This document shows, piece by piece, positions 56,126 to 64,000 of a stretch of DNA of 64,000 nt. The position numbers and the translations under genes were made by a program. The notes under the pieces were generated by a model, which was given only the letters and a program-made list of their open reading frames with translations, did no database searches and was not told the origin of the DNA. Origin of the DNA: Candidatus Shapirobacteria bacterium (GTDB taxonomy: Bacteria > Patescibacteriota > Microgenomatia > UBA12405); the NCBI GenBank assembly GCA_041658955.1, contig JBAZZE010000001.1, positions 16,676 through 80,675 on the forward strand, in the 5' to 3' direction. Numbering within the stretch: the first letter of the stretch is position 1; each line of letters begins with the position of its first letter.

Positions 56126-56638
56126 ATGAACAATAAACTTTACATTCTCTGTGGAATTCCCTTTTCCGGTAAAACTACCTTAGCAAAGAAAATGGAAGAC
56201 AAACTCAATACCCTTTCGATCGATCTTGATGCTATCAAATTTGAATTCTTTGGTAACGATGCCACAGATGCTCTGATTGGTAAGGAAGGTTGGAACCGTA
56301 TTTATCAGGAAATGTATCAAAGAATCAAAGACGCACTGTCATCAGGTCGAACTGTTGTTCACGATACTGGAAACTTTACCAAATATGAGCGAGACTTAGT
56401 CCGAAAAATTGCTGAGGAACAAAAACTAGAGTCAACCACCATTTTTGTCGATATCCCCACTGCTGAGGCTTATAAAAGATTGGTCGCCAATCGTCAAACC
56501 AAAGCCAGATTTGATGTTCCTGATGATGATTTTTATGGTGTCGTCGAAGAGATGGAAATTCCCGATGCGAATGAAAAGCCGTTGGTATTAAAGTGGAACG
56601 ATTCTTTTGATAATTGGATTGACAAAAATTTAGTTTAG
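56126..56638 (+). CDS. P-loop kinase/AAA_33-like ATP-binding protein
   Basis: Walker A CGIPFSGKTT. Confidence 0.55.
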   Translation: MNNKLYILCGIPFSGKTTLAKKMEDKLNTLSIDLDAIKFEFFGNDATDALIGKEGWNRIYQEMYQRIKDALSSGRTVVHDTGNFTKYERDLVRKIAEEQKLESTTIFVDIPTAEAYKRLVANRQTKARFDVPDDDFYGVVEEMEIPDANEKPLVLKWNDSFDNWIDKNLV

Positions 56639-57708
56639 TTCCTCAAACTTGTTTTTATATCAACCAAAGCACTTTTGAGCAACTTCCCTTTACTGGTTAT
56701 TTGGTTATTCCAGTCAAAAAGTCCCATGCGAGACAAGTTATCTATCGTATGCACTACAAATCCCAGCTTTGCATATTTGAAACTACTAATATAACTACTA
56801 ACACAATCCAAGTCTTTATAAGATCCAAAATCATCCGTGTAAGTACCTCCAAATTCTCCAACTATCAATGGTACTTTACCAAAATATTGAGTTGGCAGAA
56901 TACATTTACTGGAATCAACATCTTTGGCAGTTGACCCGACATATTGATGGATATCATACAAGATATTCTTTTGTTCAGGTGGGTTTGCAATGTAAATATC
57001 TAAATAATGTCCATACTCCATCCCGTTAATTACTCCCACTGCATCAGGACTATTTTTTCTGACTGTGTCGAGCATGTCTAGCTGTCTTTTGTACAAGTCA
57101 GTTTGGGATACACCATGGGACTCTGCTCCCATTCCATACATTACCCCCACATTGTTTTTTAATTTTTTTGATAATGTTTCCAATATTTTTTCAGTATTTT
57201 TTCCCAGTGGACTGTAGTAAACATCTTCTCGTTTTTTTTGCCTATCATTTAATGGAATAAAATCGGTCTCGTGAACTACTGGAAAAATTAAGGTATACAT
57301 TTTGTTTTCAGTTGCCCAGTTGGCCAGCTCGACAATTTCATCAACCCGTTTGTTTACTTTCAGTGGCTGTTGTAAATATAGGACAACTAAATTGACTCCC
57401 CAGCTTTTTACTTCCAAAATATTTTGCTTCAATGTTTCTATATTTTTGTGCATCGGATTAAATCTAAACTCGTCAGTTGTTATTCCTACCAACATCACGT
57501 CATTTCCATCCGTATCAATAACACGGGTACCTACTATTGACAAAGGTTTTATTTTATCTGTCCTTGTAGCCGCTTCTTTTACGGGTTCGGTATCGGTGGC
57601 TACCAGAGTGGATATTTTACGATATTGTTTATGAATCACTGTTCCACCTACTACCACCACTAATACCAATATAATCCACCTTAACCATTTCATTAAAAAG
57701 TATAACAA
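56635..57708 (-). CDS. Glycoside hydrolase family 5-like protein (membrane-anchored)
   Basis: N-terminal TM; pattern similar to a GH5 (beta/alpha)8 barrel. Weak call. Confidence 0.4.
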   Translation of the reverse strand: MLYFLMKWLRWIILVLVVVVGGTVIHKQYRKISTLVATDTEPVKEAATRTDKIKPLSIVGTRVIDTDGNDVMLVGITTDEFRFNPMHKNIETLKQNILEVKSWGVNLVVLYLQQPLKVNKRVDEIVELANWATENKMYTLIFPVVHETDFIPLNDRQKKREDVYYSPLGKNTEKILETLSKKLKNNVGVMYGMGAESHGVSQTDLYKRQLDMLDTVRKNSPDAVGVINGMEYGHYLDIYIANPPEQKNILYDIHQYVGSTAKDVDSSKCILPTQYFGKVPLIVGEFGGTYTDDFGSYKDLDCVSSYISSFKYAKLGFVVHTIDNLSRMGLFDWNNQITSKGKLLKSALVDIKTSLRN

Positions 57709-57945
57709 TCAGAACATCATTCGGTCAGAACTAATCTCAAAAACTTTTTGCTTCGATTTTGCTCCACGAATCAAAGACACCAATGACTTTTTAGTTTTGA
57801 AATACTTAGCCAAAGTATCAACGATTACCTCGTTAGCTCTACCATCTATTGGCGGTGCGTTTACATAAACGTGTAGTGCACCCATTTTGTCTGTCTCAAC
57901 TCTCGGATTTCTGGAATTTGTATGGGCCACAATCGTCACTTTCAT
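57709..57945 (-). CDS. DUF167 (YggU-like) protein
   Basis: HVYVNAPPIDGRANEVIVDTLAKYF pattern. Confidence 0.55.
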   Translation of the reverse strand: MKVTIVAHTNSRNPRVETDKMGALHVYVNAPPIDGRANEVIVDTLAKYFKTKKSLVSLIRGAKSKQKVFEISSDRMMF

Positions 57946-58014
57946 AACTAAGTAATTATACCTTTAACCAACAAAACCCCCTCAAACATAAGGGGGTTTT
58001 GTAAATAAAGTCTG

Positions 58015-58392
58015 TTATCTGCTATTGTTTTGATTACCCATTCCCATACCACGACCTTGTCCGTTTCCCTGTCGCATACCCAAACCGTATTTTGCTCTAA
58101 AAGCATTTAATAAAGTTGAGTCACCTTTCAAAGATGCTAGGTGAGCGGCGGCAAATTCTTTAAAATTTGATTCGTTGACGAATCGGGTAGCCCCACGTCC
58201 AGACATATTTGTAGTCCAGGCTTTGTAGTCACCTTTTTCGAACGCAGCTAAGTTGGCATTGTGTCTTTCTTCAGAATAATTTGGTCCTTTGACTGTAGCG
58301 TCCCCTCGATAAGCGAAAACTGGAGTCAAAGTATTAATAGCCACTAAACCGAGTGCCAATGCGGCTACTCCTAATGCAATTTTTGTTTTCAT
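58015..58392 (-). CDS. Secreted hypothetical protein
   Basis: Signal peptide. Confidence 0.35.
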   Translation of the reverse strand: MKTKIALGVAALALGLVAINTLTPVFAYRGDATVKGPNYSEERHNANLAAFEKGDYKAWTTNMSGRGATRFVNESNFKEFAAAHLASLKGDSTLLNAFRAKYGLGMRQGNGQGRGMGMGNQNNSR

Positions 58393-58445
58393 AGAATTTA
58401 TGAATTATTAATAGACTTGCGCAGTCTATTAGTAATACAAACCTT

Positions 58446-59126
58446 CTATTGGTTTTCTTTCATCATGTTTTGGCCCATCCCATTCCAAGGTCTGATTTCA
58501 TCAACCTTAAAAATGTCGCTACTTTCCTGTGTCCCGATAAGTTTTATCTCTTCTCCTATCTCCATTTGTACTCGTCCCCGGACGATAGGTGATTCACCAT
58601 TTATATTCCATCGCTTTCCACTAAAATCTTTAATCACAAAATCATTTGCACTATTTATGCTGACTATTTCTCCTGAAAGATATCCAGACTGGGGGTTGCT
58701 CCATACCATCATTCTCATTGGCACCATTTGTCTATACAAGGAATATCTCGATTCCAAGCCACGGTCAATTCGGCTAGCAACGCCAATTCTAAACAGAATG
58801 CCTCCCATTAACATTCCAGTTAAAACTATTGCCAATCCTACTTGCCATTTGATAAATCGATATGATTTTTTAGTTTTTTGGAACAACAAAAAAGACGTAG
58901 ATAGAAAAATAATGGACATGGCTATCCACAAGTTCGGAGTTATGATGCTATCAATCAGACCAAACCAAGAAACTGAAACACCAAGTATTAATAAAATTAA
59001 GCTAACTACAAAACCAAGCCAGAGTAACCAGTTTTTAGCAACAAATTCCCACTTCGGTATTGGGCTCATTTGTTTTTGATGGATAAGTTTAAGTGTCTTA
59101 TCACTAATATTTGTTTTCTGTTTCAT
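58446..59126 (-). CDS. Putative anti-sigma factor (membrane)
   Basis: Sits directly downstream of the ECF sigma and overlaps it; four TM segments. I placed the start at the second Met; the ORF-track start at 59228 overlaps the sigma gene more deeply. Confidence 0.35.
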   Translation of the reverse strand: MKQKTNISDKTLKLIHQKQMSPIPKWEFVAKNWLLWLGFVVSLILLILGVSVSWFGLIDSIITPNLWIAMSIIFLSTSFLLFQKTKKSYRFIKWQVGLAIVLTGMLMGGILFRIGVASRIDRGLESRYSLYRQMVPMRMMVWSNPQSGYLSGEIVSINSANDFVIKDFSGKRWNINGESPIVRGRVQMEIGEEIKLIGTQESSDIFKVDEIRPWNGMGQNMMKENQ

Positions 59127-59691
59127 ATATTTGTTTAAATTGTATTTTTGCTCTGGAAAGTAGGGTAGCCACCGTCCCCATTGGCTTCTGGAGAATGTCG
59201 CTAATTTCTTTATAATCCTTTTCTTCAAAAAATTTTAAGGCGATTACTTCTTTATATTCTGGTTTTAACTTATCTAAGACAGTTTTTATGTATTCATTAA
59301 AATGTTTGGTTACCGTCTCTTTCTCAATGTTTGTATCGGCTACTAGCCAGTCTACAAATTCGTCATCAGTTTCGTCGACTTCAATTCGCAATGATTGCTT
59401 ATGCTTTTTAATAAAATTAATGGCACTATTGTGAACAATTCGGTACATCCAGCTACTAAACTTCAAATCACAATCGCAGTCGTTTAAGTGGAGATAGGCA
59501 TTTACAAAGGAATCTTCGACTATATCAGCAATATCATCATCTGGAAGATAGGTAAACCGGTGTACATAACTAGTTAGTTTATCTTCATATCTTTTCATCA
59601 GACAATAAAAATATTGACTATCTTTTATAGATAGTGCCACCAGCTCATTATCCTCATAGTTTTGGCATTTTTGATCAATCATTGCTTCCAC
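59104..59691 (-). CDS. ECF-type RNA polymerase sigma-70 family factor
   Basis: Region 2 (DIVEDSFVNAYLHL ... FSSWMYRIVHNSAINFIKK) and region 4 (YKEVIALKFFEEKDYKEISDILQKPMGTVATLLSRAK). Confidence 0.75.
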   Translation of the reverse strand: MEAMIDQKCQNYEDNELVALSIKDSQYFYCLMKRYEDKLTSYVHRFTYLPDDDIADIVEDSFVNAYLHLNDCDCDLKFSSWMYRIVHNSAINFIKKHKQSLRIEVDETDDEFVDWLVADTNIEKETVTKHFNEYIKTVLDKLKPEYKEVIALKFFEEKDYKEISDILQKPMGTVATLLSRAKIQFKQIYETENKY

Positions 59692-59747
59692 CTATATTAT
59701 ATACAGTATATTTTTAACATTTCTTTCAAATATGCTAATATTTTTGT

Positions 59748-60683
59748 ATGAATAAAAACTCCTACCTTTTTACTTACCTAGTTATTGCTTCACTTTTAAC
59801 CCCAATTAGTGCATCTGCGTACTATATGTCAATGGATATTGGTACAGCTGGTAATGTCAGTTATTCTTATCCCTCAGTCTTAGGAGATGAAGATAAACCA
59901 GAAGAGAAAAAAGAGGAAAAGAAAGAAGAGAAAAAAGAAGATCAAAAACCAGAACCAAAAAAAGAAGAACCTAAAAAAGAAGACAAGCCCTCCCGTGTAG
60001 AAAACAAACCTGAAAAAATCGAAATAAAAAAAATCGAAAACAAAACTAGGGTGAATCTTATTAAGCAAGACAAGGTCAAACAGGAGCTAGAACCAGAGAA
60101 AGTCAGCATCAAATTCTCAGCTGTTCCCAAATTAACTCCTACTCGTACCCCAGAAAAAAATAATGAAGATAAGAATAAAATCGAAAATGAAGTAGAAACT
60201 GAGACTAAGACTGAAGCCGAGAAAGAAATGGACAAGACTGTCAAAGAGCGTGCTGAAAGAAAAGATGAGAAAGTAGAAATTCAGTCTGAAACTCATGATG
60301 ATGGCACTGTCGAAATGCAAATCGAGTCCCGTGATGTCAAAGCAAAAATCAAAGATAATGAAATTGAAGTAGACGTTAAAAACAACAGTGTTGGTACTAC
60401 CAACCAAGCTGGTGGTGATATCAAACTCATCCATCTGCCAGACCAAGCTATGCAAAAATTCATTGATAGGGGATTATCAACCGTCCCCGATACTATGGAA
60501 GTGGGCCAGTCAGGTGACAGTTTTGAATACACCATCGATGCCACTAAAAAGGAAAAACTGTTTGGCATCATTCCTCGTGAAGCCAAATACAAATTGAAGT
60601 TGGACGATCAAAATGGGGTCGTATCCGAGCAGAAAGTCGACAATAATATTGTTGAAAGATTACTAAACATTTTCTCTTTCTAG
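59748..60683 (+). CDS. Secreted KE-rich repeat protein
   Basis: Signal peptide; EEKKEEKK low-complexity run. Confidence 0.4.
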   Translation: MNKNSYLFTYLVIASLLTPISASAYYMSMDIGTAGNVSYSYPSVLGDEDKPEEKKEEKKEEKKEDQKPEPKKEEPKKEDKPSRVENKPEKIEIKKIENKTRVNLIKQDKVKQELEPEKVSIKFSAVPKLTPTRTPEKNNEDKNKIENEVETETKTEAEKEMDKTVKERAERKDEKVEIQSETHDDGTVEMQIESRDVKAKIKDNEIEVDVKNNSVGTTNQAGGDIKLIHLPDQAMQKFIDRGLSTVPDTMEVGQSGDSFEYTIDATKKEKLFGIIPREAKYKLKLDDQNGVVSEQKVDNNIVERLLNIFSF

Positions 60684-60704
60684 CCACTAAAACTGTATAA
60701 TCAG

Positions 60705-61004
60705 TTGATGACTGATATTCAGAATTTACAGCAAAAAATTGCGAATTTAGAAGAAAGACTTAAAGTAGTTGAGGCTAGACTTGGTGCTACTTCTTCAAAT
60801 CAAGATTCCCAATTGATGGATGAACTCTACCAAAAATCTCGTTTTTTAGTAGTTCGTTATCAAAAAGCTTCAGCTATATTTCTGCAGAAAAAACTATTAA
60901 TCGACTATCCCCGAGCTAGTCAATTAATCATCCGTCTCGAAGAAGAAGGGGTGATAAGTTCTCCTAAATCTGATCATAGTCGGGATATTTTAGTAACCAA
61001 GTAA
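60705..61004 (+). CDS. Stand-alone FtsK-gamma (winged-helix) domain protein with an N-terminal coiled coil
   Basis: DELYQKSRFLVVRYQKASAIFLQKKLLIDYPRASQLIIRLEEEGVISSPKSDHSRDILV fits the FtsK C-terminal gamma-domain pattern (ASTSLLQRRLRIGYNRAARLID.LE..GIV ... REVLV). Confidence 0.5.
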   Translation: MMTDIQNLQQKIANLEERLKVVEARLGATSSNQDSQLMDELYQKSRFLVVRYQKASAIFLQKKLLIDYPRASQLIIRLEEEGVISSPKSDHSRDILVTK

Positions 61005-61048
61005 TCAAACTCCTACCATAATAGTATGAGTTATGTTTATAATACTTC

Positions 61049-61876
61049 ATGTTTCCAACATTCTTAATAACTTTTCGTGAGGTTTTAGAGGCCTTGGTCA
61101 TCGTCTCCATCATTATTGGATATCTAAAAAAATCCCAACGGACAGATTCTATTCGCATCGTCTGGCTAGCTACTTTTATAGCTTTTGCCTTAAGTTTCTT
61201 TTTGTTAGTTTTTGGAAGCTTTTTAGGATTTCAGCTTTCAAATTTTCATTCCAGCTATGAAGAATACATCGAAGGTACTTTGATGTTTATAACCGTCATC
61301 TTCATAACTTGGGCCATCTTTTTTCTTCATAATAATCTTGCCTCTACTCAAAGAAAGCTCACCGGTCATACGGTCAGAACAATAGATAATCAAAATAACT
61401 GGGGGATATTTGCGCTTATATTTACTTCAGTTTTTCGTGAAGGCATGGAGATAGTTCTATTCTTGTCCACACTTTTTATTAGTACCACCACTCAAAACAT
61501 TATTGGGGGATTTTTATTAGGTTTGTTTATTGGTGTGCTTACTGCGGCGACTTTCTATGGGGTTACTCAAAAATTTGAACTTCGTCGGATAACTGGATAC
61601 ATAAATATTTTTCTAATATTATTTGCCGGTGGTTTGCTAATGAGGGCGATACATGAGTTTACCGACGCCGGTTTAATTCCCAACATTGGTCAATTCTCAC
61701 TTAACTTTATTCCACCTGCATCAACTTTCATTGGCGGTGTATTTAAGAGTATTCTTGGTATAACCCAAAAATTAAACTTGATTCAGATCTCTGTTTATTT
61801 TGTATATATTCTGTTAATTAGCCAAAAAGCTTCAATTTTCCACAATTCTTCAAACAAAAATCTGCCTAAAGCTTAA
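61049..61876 (+). CDS. FTR1/EfeU-family iron permease-like
   Basis: Two RExxE motifs, FREVLEAL and FREGMEIV, within TM segments. Confidence 0.55.
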   Translation: MFPTFLITFREVLEALVIVSIIIGYLKKSQRTDSIRIVWLATFIAFALSFFLLVFGSFLGFQLSNFHSSYEEYIEGTLMFITVIFITWAIFFLHNNLASTQRKLTGHTVRTIDNQNNWGIFALIFTSVFREGMEIVLFLSTLFISTTTQNIIGGFLLGLFIGVLTAATFYGVTQKFELRRITGYINIFLILFAGGLLMRAIHEFTDAGLIPNIGQFSLNFIPPASTFIGGVFKSILGITQKLNLIQISVYFVYILLISQKASIFHNSSNKNLPKA

Positions 61877-61917
61877 AAAATTTAATTTTGATTTGGATCT
61901 TTTGTGAATTCTAATAC

Positions 61918-62637
61918 ATGTTAAAATTCGTCATGTCCACCAATTTGGACCAGCAAAACAATAAATATTGGCAAAATTATCTTCCTGGCCAGGTTCCCTC
62001 AATCCCCCAATCAGTTCCTCTCAAGCTCCTCGACAATCTAAATGGTCCTATTCTCGATGTTGGAACAGGGGATGGGTTATTAGCTGAAAATCTCTCCCGT
62101 AAAGGACTAACAGTTTTTGCTATTGATATTGCCAAAAACATAATTGAAGAAAACCAGAAAAGAACTAGTCGTGTTGACTACTCCATTCAAAATATCACTG
62201 CAAAAACGAGTTTTCCATCCGAATATTTTGATCTAATAATTTTCAAATTTACCCTCACCAATATTCACAAAGAATCATGGAACAAACTAGGCAACGAGAT
62301 TTATCGTATTTTAAAACCAGGGGGCAAAATGTGGATTCTCGAACCGCTAGTCTCCGAGTCTTACCAAGATCGCTATCAATTAGCTACTAATTTTATAAAA
62401 GACCCACATTGTGTTTATGTATTTAACGACAAAGATCTTGCCGCAAAAATTAACACCGTATCAGACTTGAAAACTGCTATCAAAAACGACCAAGTTAGTC
62501 GAATTATTAAGCACTATACCCAAGAAGAATTAAAATCAATATTCCCCAAATTCAAACTCATTGACTCGCGAACTTTGGACATTCCATCTCCTTCTGGATT
62601 TCCTATAAAAACCTTTGAAGGAATATTTTCAAAATAA
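61918..62637 (+). CDS. Class I SAM-dependent methyltransferase
   Basis: Motif I ILDVGTGDGLLA. Confidence 0.65.
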   Translation: MLKFVMSTNLDQQNNKYWQNYLPGQVPSIPQSVPLKLLDNLNGPILDVGTGDGLLAENLSRKGLTVFAIDIAKNIIEENQKRTSRVDYSIQNITAKTSFPSEYFDLIIFKFTLTNIHKESWNKLGNEIYRILKPGGKMWILEPLVSESYQDRYQLATNFIKDPHCVYVFNDKDLAAKINTVSDLKTAIKNDQVSRIIKHYTQEELKSIFPKFKLIDSRTLDIPSPSGFPIKTFEGIFSK

Positions 62638-62664
62638 TTTTCTTAAAAAATTAGTTAGTCTTAT

Positions 62665-63165
62665 TTATTCCACAGTTTTGTCACTTTTTCTTTTGCCCTC
62701 AACTGCTTCACGTAGTTGACCAACATCGTTCATGAGTTTCATTAGGTCGGTGCTGATCTTATCAAGACCTGATATTTTTTCCATCCATAAATCGTCCTCA
62801 CTATCTTCTTCTAAATCTTTTTTCTGAATCTCTTCGATATCTTCAGTCATTTCACCGACATCGTCTTCAATCCCCTCGACATCTTTTTGGATTTCATCAA
62901 TGTCTTCTTCTACATCTTCCAAACTTTCGGCATGCTTATTTACTGTCATTTGAATAAATAGTGATAAATATATGGCTTCAAGAGAGACTGCAGTCGTCAA
63001 AATCAGCATAACCTGATCAATACTAAATCCGATCGGAACTAATAGAAATATTCCTCCAAACAAAACTGTATGCACCACAATTGACCCGGTAGTTCCCATC
63101 ATTTGTGGAATTTTCTCAGATAATATAGCTACAAAATTAATTTTATTTTTATTTCTCTTGGTCAT
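62665..63165 (-). CDS. DUF1003-like membrane protein with an acidic coiled-coil tail
   Basis: Two TM segments followed by a D/E-rich heptad region. Confidence 0.3.
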   Translation of the reverse strand: MTKRNKNKINFVAILSEKIPQMMGTTGSIVVHTVLFGGIFLLVPIGFSIDQVMLILTTAVSLEAIYLSLFIQMTVNKHAESLEDVEEDIDEIQKDVEGIEDDVGEMTEDIEEIQKKDLEEDSEDDLWMEKISGLDKISTDLMKLMNDVGQLREAVEGKRKSDKTVE

Positions 63166-63303
63166 AGCTGTTTCACTTTTAAGACTGTCTATTCTCCTAC
63201 CATCGGAGTATTAAAACAACCCCCATATTTAAACTAAAAATTTATTGATGCTATACTGGTGCTGATCTAAAAAATCTTCATATTCTGTCCTATTTCAAAA
63301 TTG

Positions 63304-64000
63304 TTGCAACAAATAGATAGATATACTTACACCGTAACAGCACCCGAACAAACAGGTTTTGCAGTCGCTTCATGTACAGACTCAGTCACTGGGATTGTTG
63401 TTCGTACCCCCCTTGCCTCTCCTGAAAGAAGTTTCCCGGCTTTTATTGCTTATGTTGGCGCTCGTTTTTCTCGTGACCGAGATGGCATGGTTACTCTTAT
63501 GAGTAAAGTTGAAGCTGCGTACCAACAAGGAAGGTCTACCCCAGATGCTCGGCTTGCCAATATAGTTTCTGGATTAAAACATCAATCTCCAGGTGGGATG
63601 GCTCATGTAGCCGTTTCTATAGAAAATGTTCCCATTCTCACTGCAGCCTCACTATTTAGAAGGACAACTTTACATGATGGCCAAGAGTCATCAACCCGCT
63701 ACATCGATTTTGCATCGGGAAACGATTTACCGGCTTTAGAAACATTGTTGCCTCCAGGGACGAAAATTTCTCCAGAACTTATTAAAAAGTATCAGTCTCT
63801 CCAGACCAAATCTCTGGAAATGTATTTAGGCTGGTTCCCTAAGATTTTCGAAGCATACAAAAATCATTTCAAAGTTAACGAGTCAGAAAAATCGGAAGTT
63901 GATGCCCTTACTGCCCGGGCTTATGATACCGTTCGCGGTTTTCTATTATCTGGTTTTAGAACTTCGATGGTTTATGTCACCAATGCTACTACTATGCAGC
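63304..64000 (+). CDS. thyX: Flavin-dependent thymidylate synthase ThyX-like (partial; runs off the right edge; probable TTG start)
   Basis: VAVSIENVPILTAASLFRRTTLHDGQESSTRY aligns to the ThyX core (..[31 protein letters not shown]). ARAYDTVRGFLLSGFRTSMVYVTNATT resembles EARYVLP ... VVTMNAR. There is no ATG near the 5' end and an in-frame stop at 63268. Confidence 0.5.
   Translation, partial: MQQIDRYTYTVTAPEQTGFAVASCTDSVTGIVVRTPLASPERSFPAFIAYVGARFSRDRDGMVTLMSKVEAAYQQGRSTPDARLANIVSGLKHQSPGGMAHVAVSIENVPILTAASLFRRTTLHDGQESSTRYIDFASGNDLPALETLLPPGTKISPELIKKYQSLQTKSLEMYLGWFPKIFEAYKNHFKVNESEKSEVDALTARAYDTVRGFLLSGFRTSMVYVTNATTMQ

Overview
The window is a low-GC (about 35-40% by eye), densely coding bacterial chromosome segment with short genes, mostly on the + strand. 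Its gene content is what one sees in small-genome, CPR/Patescibacteria-like bacteria, but that placement is an inference, not a database result.

Housekeeping content, all recognised from textbook motifs:
- a tryptophan cluster (tRNA-Trp, stand-alone trpB, and trpS carrying an N-terminal YbaK/ProX-like domain)
- the dnaG-rpoD pair
- a trans-polyprenyl diphosphate synthase
- a tyrosine recombinase next to a membrane-anchored VirB4/TraG-like P-loop ATPase
- an ECF sigma with a putative anti-sigma
- a ThyX-like gene that runs off the right edge

I can support six tRNA genes by hand-folding: Trp-CCA, two CAU tRNAs, an unusual Ile-UAU, and one tRNA, most likely Asn-GUU, that is split by a 213-nt ORF-less group I intron with recognisable P/Q/R/S core elements.

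The 3' end of that tRNA plus a terminator-containing trailer of about 100 bp is repeated three times (about 25.74, 30.94 and 32.81 kb). The repeats bound two tandem islands:
- a 5.2-kb single-strand operon: an XRE regulator plus seven hypothetical proteins, two with HEPN-like Rx4H motifs. This is my lead candidate for an undescribed defence-type system.
- a 1.9-kb island carrying a secreted thermonuclease with an Excalibur domain.

Upstream of tRNA-Trp/trpB/trpS there is a near-consensus promoter, a 23-codon ORF with tandem Trp codons, and a GC hairpin with a U-tract. This looks like an attenuator.

The remaining 33-64 kb is accessory-looking: triplicated RibD_C/DHFR-like and aldo/keto reductase paralogs, SDR, Nudix, DUF proteins, and one GC-richer gene that looks foreign. 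No CRISPR array and no rRNA were seen. All calls come from reading the sequence and from remembered family motifs; no searches were run.
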